Positions 57,467 through 64,000 of a DNA stretch of 64,000 bases are shown here, in pieces (within the stretch, counting starts at the first letter, position 1; the number at the start of each line of letters is the position of its first letter). Location: assembly GCA_034530615.2 (NCBI GenBank), contig JAVRCV020000049.1:160001-224000 (forward strand). The letters run 5' to 3'. The notes beneath the pieces are model-generated. The model did no database searches. It saw nothing but the letters and a program-made list of their open reading frames with translations, and had not been told where the DNA came from. The translations under genes were made by a program, and so were the position numbers. This DNA is from Aulosira sp. ZfuVER01. Its GTDB lineage: Bacteria > Cyanobacteriota > Cyanobacteriia > Cyanobacteriales > Nostocaceae.

Positions 57467-57609
57467 TTCCTGATTGCTATTTGAATGCGTTTCACAGAGA
57501 TTTATAGATGCGGACTCGTGCGCTAACAAACTGCTAGATTTCTCAACTTAGCTAGAGTTACTGGCAGTCCTGTACTAATCTAAGATTATTCAGCTTTAGC
57601 AAAAAAGTG

Positions 57610-58812
57610 ATGTCTCAAGTTGTCATTGTTGGGGCAGGGCCTACTGGTGCAACGCTGGCGCTTTTGTTTGCCAAACGCGGCATTGCGGTGAAATTAATTG
57701 AAGCATCTCGCAACTTCCGCCGAATTTTTCGTGGTGAAGGATTGATGCCTAGTGGATTAGATGCGCTCGAACAAATGGGATTGTTACCCATCTTGGAACG
57801 CATTCCCCATCATGCTATAGATGCTTGGGAATTTTTCCTAGATAATCAGTTGCTATTTCGCGTAGAGGAACCATTTGAAATTGGTGGTAAGCCCACAACG
57901 CTTGTCTCACAGCCAGCTTTGCTAGAAGCCTTAATTGAAGAAGCTAGCACCTATCCTAATTTTGAGTTCCTACAGAGTGTAGCTGTACAAGACTTGCTGT
58001 GGGAGGAGGAACGAGTTAGTGGTGTAAAACTCAATGATGAACGCTGTATTGATGCAGATTTAGTTATCGGCGCAGATGGCCGTAATTCTATTGTTCGGCA
58101 ACGAGCAAATTTACATTTAGAGCATTATGACAAAACTTTTGATGTTCTCTGGTTTAAATTAGCCAATAGTCCAGATTTTCAATCTGAAAATATATTTTAC
58201 TCAATTCTTTCTGGCGATCGCGCATTTGGTTTGTTTGCGGGAGCAGAAGGCAATTTGCAATTGGGCTGGTCGCTGAATCAGGACAGTGCTAATGATTGGA
58301 GAAAAGTTGATTGGCCTGCGATGTTGCTGTCAGTATCGCCTCCCTTTTTAGCCGAGCATTTGCAACAAAACGCACAAACCATTGAGCGACCTGTATTGTT
58401 GTCTGTGGTAGTGGGGCGCTGTCCACACTGGTATAGACCAGGATTATTGCTTTTGGGAGATGCGGCTCATCCGATGTCACCGATTCGCGCTCAAGGTATC
58501 AATATGGCATTACGAGATGTGATTGTTGCTGCCAACCATTTAGTTCCAGTATTGCGCTCAACGAAGCCAGAGCAGACAAATATTGATGCCATCTTACCGC
58601 AGATTCAAGCACAACGAGAGCCTGAGATTGTCCTTGTGCAGCAACTTCAAGCTCAAGAAGCAGCTCAGGCTGAACTATTAGGTAAAAGCCCAATTCTGCG
58701 ATGGGCAGTAATTAAGCTAATTCCTGTGCTACGACCGATCCTGCGGCAGTCTTGGCTCTTGCGACAGATCCAGCTGCGTCAAGGGATAAAACACATACAG
58801 TTAACAATGTGA
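57610..58812 (+). CDS. FAD-dependent oxidoreductase/monooxygenase
   Basis: GAGPTG, IGADGRNS, LLGDAAHPMSPIRAQGINMALRD. Confidence 0.9.
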   Translation: MSQVVIVGAGPTGATLALLFAKRGIAVKLIEASRNFRRIFRGEGLMPSGLDALEQMGLLPILERIPHHAIDAWEFFLDNQLLFRVEEPFEIGGKPTTLVSQPALLEALIEEASTYPNFEFLQSVAVQDLLWEEERVSGVKLNDERCIDADLVIGADGRNSIVRQRANLHLEHYDKTFDVLWFKLANSPDFQSENIFYSILSGDRAFGLFAGAEGNLQLGWSLNQDSANDWRKVDWPAMLLSVSPPFLAEHLQQNAQTIERPVLLSVVVGRCPHWYRPGLLLLGDAAHPMSPIRAQGINMALRDVIVAANHLVPVLRSTKPEQTNIDAILPQIQAQREPEIVLVQQLQAQEAAQAELLGKSPILRWAVIKLIPVLRPILRQSWLLRQIQLRQGIKHIQLTM

Positions 58813-58838
58813 CTCTCCCACCTCTAGTTGATGTTAGC

Positions 58839-58868
58839 TTTTGTCATTTGTCATTGGTCATTGGTCAA
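58839..58868. repeat. STRR2 heptamer repeat TT(T/G)GTCA
   Basis: TTTGTCA TTTGTCA TTGGTCA TTGGTCA. Confidence 0.85.
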
Positions 58869-59070
58869 TTCCCCGCGTCTTGGTGTCTCCTTCTCTTTCA
58901 TCCATAGCGGTGAACTGGTTTCATTGGGGCTGCTTTGTCCTGTGTTTATGCAGGAGGCTGTACTGCTTTACCTACACCGTATTCATACACTAATTCCCCG
59001 CCATAGTGAGAGCCGGAGAAAATTGACAAGTATGTTAATCCATTCAAATTTGTGCATTGACTTGAGTTTT

Positions 59071-60018
59071 TTACAAGCTGGCAAATTGATCTGTGGCTTC
59101 AATCAAAGCGCTGCGAATCCCCGGTTCGCTCATTGAGTGTCCAGCATCAGGAACAACTACAAATTTTGCTTCTGGCCAAGCGCAGTGCAATTCCCAAGCT
59201 GATACCATTGGGCAAACGACATCATAACGTCCTTGCACGATTACTGCTGGAATATGGCGTATGCGATGAATGTTGAGCAGCAATTGATCTTCAGGGTCAA
59301 AAAATCCTTTATTGATGAAATAATGGCATTCAATGCGAGCAAAAGCTGAAGCAAACTCATTCTCACCAAATTTTTGCATCAGTTCAGGGTCTGGAAATAG
59401 CTTACTGGTACTTGCTTCCCAAATTGACCAAGCACGAGCTGCTTCTAGTCTAATTTGCAGATCTGGACTAGTTAAACGTCGGTAATAAGCACCAAGCAGA
59501 TCGTTACGTTCATCTATCGCAATTGGTTTGATATATTCTGCCCAATACTCAGGAAAGATATAGCTTGCACCTTCTTGATAAAACCAGCGCAATTCTTGGG
59601 GTCTGAGCATGAAGATGCCGCGCAGAATTAAGCCTGTGCAACGCGAGGGATGTGTTTGACTGTACGCTAATGATAAGGTACTTCCCCAGCTACCACCAAA
59701 AACTACCCACTTCTCGATCCCTAAATGCTGACGTAGTTTTTCAATGTCGTTAACTAAATCCCAAGTCGTATTTTCCCTTAATTCAGCATGAGGCGTACTT
59801 TGACCGCAACCACGTTGATCGAACATTACTAAGCGCCATTTTTCCGGGTGGAAGTACTGCCGATAAATCGGGAGAAAACCACCACCAGGCCCCCCATGAA
59901 GTAAAACAATCGGCTTACCATCTGGATTACCAGATTCTTCAAAATGAATTGTGTGGAGGCTAGAAACTTGTAAACTACCTTCTCGGTAGGGTTCGATAGG
60001 GGGGTAAAGTTCTTGCAT
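59071..60018 (-). CDS. pip: Proline iminopeptidase
   Basis: LHGGPGGG, FDQRGCG, GGSWG nucleophile, QGRYD, DAGHS; ATG at 60018. Confidence 0.95.
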   Translation of the reverse strand: MQELYPPIEPYREGSLQVSSLHTIHFEESGNPDGKPIVLLHGGPGGGFLPIYRQYFHPEKWRLVMFDQRGCGQSTPHAELRENTTWDLVNDIEKLRQHLGIEKWVVFGGSWGSTLSLAYSQTHPSRCTGLILRGIFMLRPQELRWFYQEGASYIFPEYWAEYIKPIAIDERNDLLGAYYRRLTSPDLQIRLEAARAWSIWEASTSKLFPDPELMQKFGENEFASAFARIECHYFINKGFFDPEDQLLLNIHRIRHIPAVIVQGRYDVVCPMVSAWELHCAWPEAKFVVVPDAGHSMSEPGIRSALIEATDQFASL

Positions 60019-60097
60019 TCTTGTTATTGACAAGCACTGACACTTAATAATTTTGGCATTACCCTTAGTCTACTTTTAACTCAGCACTCATAACTTC

Positions 60098-60730
60098 TCA
60101 TTCAAGACTGACAATTCCGCGTTTGAGGGCTGTAATAACTGCTTGGATGCGATCGCTCACTCCCAATTTACTGAGAATATTATTCACGTGGTATTTAACA
60201 GTTCCCTCTGATATCTGCAAAACAGTACCAATTTCCTGATTTGTCTTGCCAGTAGCTATGAGGCTGATTACTTCTAGTTCTCGTCCACTTAGTTGCAAAA
60301 TACCCACTCGCTCTGCTAGTTTAGCTCCTACTGAAGGGGGAATGTACTTTTTTCCAGTATTCACAACGCGAATGGCTGCGAGTAGTTCATCCGGTTCAGC
60401 ATCTTTTAACAAATACCCTTTTGCCCCAGCTTTTAGTCCCCGATAGATGTCTTCGTCACCATCATAGGTAGTCAACACAATAATTCGAGAGTCTTCAAAT
60501 TCGTTACAAATAGCGGTAATGGCTGCAACTCCATCCATTTCTGGCATTCGCAAATCCATGAGTGTGACATCAGGTTGATGTTGCCGAAATGCGGTAACTG
60601 CCTCATACCCATTACAAGCCTGTCCGACGACTGCCATATCTGGTTCGCGATCGATCATTGCGGCTAAACCCTGGCGAACAACGGGATGATCGTCAACAAT
60701 CAAGATGCGGATCGGTTGTTGCTGGCTCAT
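60098..60730 (-). CDS. NarL/LuxR-family response regulator
   Basis: IVDDHPVVR, LMDLRMP, YLLK, LSGRELEV...TVKYHV HTH. Confidence 0.95.
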   Translation of the reverse strand: MSQQQPIRILIVDDHPVVRQGLAAMIDREPDMAVVGQACNGYEAVTAFRQHQPDVTLMDLRMPEMDGVAAITAICNEFEDSRIIVLTTYDGDEDIYRGLKAGAKGYLLKDAEPDELLAAIRVVNTGKKYIPPSVGAKLAERVGILQLSGRELEVISLIATGKTNQEIGTVLQISEGTVKYHVNNILSKLGVSDRIQAVITALKRGIVSLE

Positions 60731-60731
60731 T

Positions 60732-63700
60732 TTACTCTCGATTAATTACTATTGTGATTTCCGTTCCTTTTCCTGGGATACTTTGAATTGTCAAGTTTGC
60801 GCCAATGCGATCGCTTCGTTCTTTGATACCCATTAATCCAAAACCTTTAACAGTAGACAAACTATCTGTATCAAATCCTCGTCCATTATCTTGAACTCGC
60901 AAGATAAATTGCGTCGGTTCATACAACAGTTCAATCTTGATGTCATTTGCAAATGCATATTTAATAGCATTTGTCAATGCTTCTTGCCCGATCCGCAGTA
61001 AGTTATTTTCTATGTCCATCGATAAGGGATAAACCCTGCCGATAACATTGCAATTTATCTGCTTATAAATAGAAGCAGACATTTGGGCAGCAAGGCGATT
61101 AAAGGCTTTATACAAATTACTAGTTTCTAAGATTTGGGGACGTAGGGCATTAACCGAGCGCCGTGCTTCAGCTAGTCCTTCACGCGCCAGATCCCGCGCT
61201 TGAGTGATGTGTGCTTGCACCTCTGCCAATTCCCTAGGGACTATCCTAGAAGCAGCACCCAACTGTACAATTACGCCTGTGAAAGCTTGAGCCAGCGTAT
61301 CATGAATTTCTCGCGCCATGCGGTTACGCTCTTCTAAAATCGCAGTTTGGCGACTCTGTTCGGCTAAATGAGTCAAATGAATCGCTAATGTTGCTTGCTG
61401 TGCCAAGGCCATAATCAATTCTATGTTTTGAGGCAAGCTAGTCCTTGGTTCCCGAAAGCACAAACCAATAAATCCGAGGGGGCGAGAACCGAGAATCAAC
61501 GGTACGCGAACAATAGAACGATGTCCTTGATGACGATGCCACTTAATTGCGAAGTCCATCTGTTCATTCCAGTCATCCAAATTAAAGAAAATTGCCTCGC
61601 CTCTAAACAGCGCTTCTTTCCAAAAAGTGAGAAGATCGTCTGTTATAGGTACTCTAAATTGTTCTAGTTCAGCAGATGTCTTAATGGGAAGCACCCGCCC
61701 GTCTCGTACATATCGTTTCATGATTTTTGTATCAGACGATTCATTGTAGAGAAACAGGGCGGCTGCATAGGATTTGACTTGGGCGGAAGCCTCTAGCAAA
61801 ATATGTTCCCAAAATGTTTCTAAGTCTGGTTCATCTGCCAGCCGATTCACACAACCGCGTAGTGATTCGTTGGCTCTTACTAGTTCAGCAATCTGCTCTT
61901 TTGCGGCTTTTTTTTGTTCTTTGAGGATAGCGGCTTGTTTTGCTTGTTCTGCTAACTGAGTTAGTTGAATTGCCAGTGTTGCCTGATGCGCTAAGGCTTG
62001 TGCTAGTTCAAATTCTTCTGGGTTCAAGATAGCTTTATGCGTGAATGATAACCCCAAGAAACCCAAGGCTATATCACCCAGCATCAGCGGAATACACATA
62101 GCTGTCTGATGTCCTAGTCTGCGATGCCATTCCAAGGCGACAGGCCAGTGTTCTGGATGAGCGTTCTCCCAAATCGCAAATTCCAGGGGTTGTTTTGTTT
62201 GGATCATGATTTCCCAAGCTTTGGTAATATCTGCGGGAATGGGATCTAAAAAAGGTTCGATGTCGTGTAGTCGATCCTTGGGTAGTACTCGATCGTTTTC
62301 CGAACCCAAATGTAATCGCAGCGTATGGGAGGACGGATCGTAGAGGAATAGATGCGATCGCTGGGCACCTAATTGATGTTTAATTTCTAAGATAACGTGA
62401 CCAAGAAAGGTATCAAGTTCGGAATCAGCGGCGAGGCGATCGAGACTATTTTTAAGTGCGGTGCTGGCTCTAGAAAGTTCGGCAACTCGTTCTTCTGCGG
62501 CTCTAGCACGTTCTGCAATCAAGCGCTCAACTAACTGTTTACGGTGCAGTGCAGCTCCAATACCCTCAGCCGCAGTGGTGAGTACATCAATTTCCTGCTG
62601 ACTCCAATGTCGAGGGGTAACGCAATCATCAAAGGCAACAGCACCGATGTAACGCCCTTCAATAAATAATGGCACTCCCCCAGAGGATTTAATGCCAATC
62701 GATTCAAACTGCTCTTTGATCGCATGGGGCAAGTTATCAACTATATGCCAAATAGAACGACCTGCATATAGTTCTCTCAGCATGACTTCGACATCATCAT
62801 TATCAATCGCTGCCATTGTGGGATGATTGATTTGAGGGATAATTCCTTCAGCTACCCACTCATAAGTAACGCAGTGCTGTAATTTTTGTGTGGCTGGGTT
62901 TTGTTGTTCGAGAATGAGTTGAACGCGGCTGATATTTGCTACTTCCCCAATCGCTTGCAGGGCTGTGGGAATTGCTACATCAATATCCTCAGTTTCCAAC
63001 AAGTTTTTAGTAATTTGGGCAACTACAGAAAGTAAGCGATCTCGTTGTTGCAATTCTTCATTGACTTTTGCTAGTTCTGCGGTACGTTTTTGTTCGGCTT
63101 TTTGAATGCGTTGACGCTGAATCGCACTCCCAAGGCAAGCGGCTACAGTTTTAAGTAATGCCAGTTCTGCCGATCCCCGGCGCTTGGCCTCGCGACAGTC
63201 ATCAAAACCCAACACTCCCCAGAACTGACATTCTACAAAAATCGGCACAACGTGCAATGCTTTGACACCGAGTGCAGCTTGCCCACTGCGAAATGGCTCA
63301 GGCATTTCTTCTAGGAGATAGCTCAGGCTGTTTCCTTGGCTGATCCGCTCATACCATTCTGCAATTCCTCCTTCTTCATAGCTGCTTTCTGCTACATCAG
63401 GATGGGTGATTTGGGACACTGTATGCGGTGAATCCCATTCGTACAATATCTTCCAATAGTGTAAAGGTTGGGATGGATGAGCAAAATTCTCGATCACCGC
63501 AACGCGATCGCAATCCAAACTTTCGCCAATCAGCTTTAGGGCAGTATTCACCGCTTCATCAAAGTTTTCTATTGTTAGTAAAGCATTGGCTGCCGTTGCT
63601 GTCGCTTCTAAAATGCGATCGCGGTTCTCTAGCAATCGGTTTTGCGCTTCGAGTTTTGCAACTCGTTCTTGTTCGCCACCCAGCAAAGTCTGCTGTGCTT

Positions 63701-63746
63701 CTTGTACTTCTGTAATGTCGGCATTGGTATCCCAAGCACCCACCAC
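60732..63746 (-). CDS. Multi-GAF sensor histidine kinase (HisKA_3), N-terminus apparently truncated
   Basis: Four GAF-like repeats, EERNRMAREIHDTLAQ, QEALTNAIKY, DNGRGF, GFGL; 1 bp from the response regulator. Confidence 0.9.
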   Translation of the reverse strand: MVGAWDTNADITEVQEAQQTLLGGEQERVAKLEAQNRLLENRDRILEATATAANALLTIENFDEAVNTALKLIGESLDCDRVAVIENFAHPSQPLHYWKILYEWDSPHTVSQITHPDVAESSYEEGGIAEWYERISQGNSLSYLLEEMPEPFRSGQAALGVKALHVVPIFVECQFWGVLGFDDCREAKRRGSAELALLKTVAACLGSAIQRQRIQKAEQKRTAELAKVNEELQQRDRLLSVVAQITKNLLETEDIDVAIPTALQAIGEVANISRVQLILEQQNPATQKLQHCVTYEWVAEGIIPQINHPTMAAIDNDDVEVMLRELYAGRSIWHIVDNLPHAIKEQFESIGIKSSGGVPLFIEGRYIGAVAFDDCVTPRHWSQQEIDVLTTAAEGIGAALHRKQLVERLIAERARAAEERVAELSRASTALKNSLDRLAADSELDTFLGHVILEIKHQLGAQRSHLFLYDPSSHTLRLHLGSENDRVLPKDRLHDIEPFLDPIPADITKAWEIMIQTKQPLEFAIWENAHPEHWPVALEWHRRLGHQTAMCIPLMLGDIALGFLGLSFTHKAILNPEEFELAQALAHQATLAIQLTQLAEQAKQAAILKEQKKAAKEQIAELVRANESLRGCVNRLADEPDLETFWEHILLEASAQVKSYAAALFLYNESSDTKIMKRYVRDGRVLPIKTSAELEQFRVPITDDLLTFWKEALFRGEAIFFNLDDWNEQMDFAIKWHRHQGHRSIVRVPLILGSRPLGFIGLCFREPRTSLPQNIELIMALAQQATLAIHLTHLAEQSRQTAILEERNRMAREIHDTLAQAFTGVIVQLGAASRIVPRELAEVQAHITQARDLAREGLAEARRSVNALRPQILETSNLYKAFNRLAAQMSASIYKQINCNVIGRVYPLSMDIENNLLRIGQEALTNAIKYAFANDIKIELLYEPTQFILRVQDNGRGFDTDSLSTVKGFGLMGIKERSDRIGANLTIQSIPGKGTEITIVINRE

Positions 63747-63905
63747 AAATTCATCCTTAATAGTGCTGACTATCTTACATTTAAGATATAAAGTTTTTGT
63801 TCCTTGCTGTCAATTTATTCAGATTCTGGATTGCGAGTTCAATGTTTATTTTAAATATATGTACACAGCATCATTTTGTTGATTTCTGAGTCTGCATTAT
63901 GAAAA
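63747..63905 (-). pseudogene. Decayed PAS-domain coding remnant upstream of the kinase
   Basis: Minus-strand translation HNADSEINKMMLCTYI*NKH*TRNPESE*IDSKEQKLYILN /frameshift/ IVSTIKDEFVVGAWDTNADITE resembles a PAS/PAC C-terminal half. Confidence 0.6.
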
Positions 63906-64000
63906 TATGTTTAGTTAAACACTAAACATATTTTTCAGTTTTCCAATGTTTTATCTTTGCATTTAGGCGAGAGAAATTTCTAACCTCGCACTTTCCGCAA

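Larger units (their letters stand above)
1..64000. repeat. Dispersed HIP1 octamer GCGATCGC throughout the window
   Basis: Many copies in coding and intergenic DNA (e.g. 753-760, 843-850); a cyanobacterial hallmark. Not counted exactly. Confidence 0.95.

Noticed and set aside
58828..59136. 102-aa ORF downstream of the monooxygenase
   Set aside because: Begins in STRR2 repeats (FVICHWSLV is translated repeat) and overlaps the pip 3' end antisense.
60732..63746. Kinase GAF domains as cyanobacteriochromes
   Set aside because: No W-x-D/DXCF motif or CH bilin-attachment motif seen in these GAFs.
1..64000. CRISPR array, rRNA or tRNA genes
   Set aside because: No regularly spaced direct repeats with unique spacers and no cloverleaf/rRNA signatures seen by eye. 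The Cas4-like domain has no cas1/cas2 or array nearby.

Overview
A 64 kb chromosomal window from a filamentous cyanobacterium, probably Nostocales (dense HIP1 GCGATCGC octamers, STRR-type heptamer repeats, GC-rich short dispersed repeats). Housekeeping genes include tkt, fabF, acpP, lpxD, murQ, tamB, gnd, ileS, a small heat-shock protein gene and pip. The window also holds the 3' part of an exopolysaccharide locus (GH10 + Wzc), a complete chemotaxis-like cluster (PatA-CheY-CheW-MCP-CheA) whose MCP carries three red/green-type cyanobacteriochrome GAF domains, two PIN toxin-antitoxin pairs, a small-protein/retropepsin pair, an SDR/MFS/oxidoreductase cluster and a multi-GAF/NarL two-component pair. 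The best candidate for an undescribed system is the minus-strand block 53207->47710. It encodes a multi-winged-helix protein (RcaD-like), a P-loop ATPase with a DQ Walker B, and one polypeptide fusing a DEDDy 3'-5' exonuclease, a 4-Cys RecB/Cas4-type PD-(D/E)XK nuclease and a membrane-anchor-less FtsK motor; a ParA-family gene follows. Features not visible in the ORF track: a decayed tnpB/IS200-IS605 right end (about 30306-30733), a Uma2 endonuclease pseudogene fragment, a 48-bp palindromic repeat inserted in frame in ileS, a three-layer nested repeat upstream of murQ, and a decayed PAS domain upstream of the last kinase. All family assignments come from motif recognition only; no searches were run.
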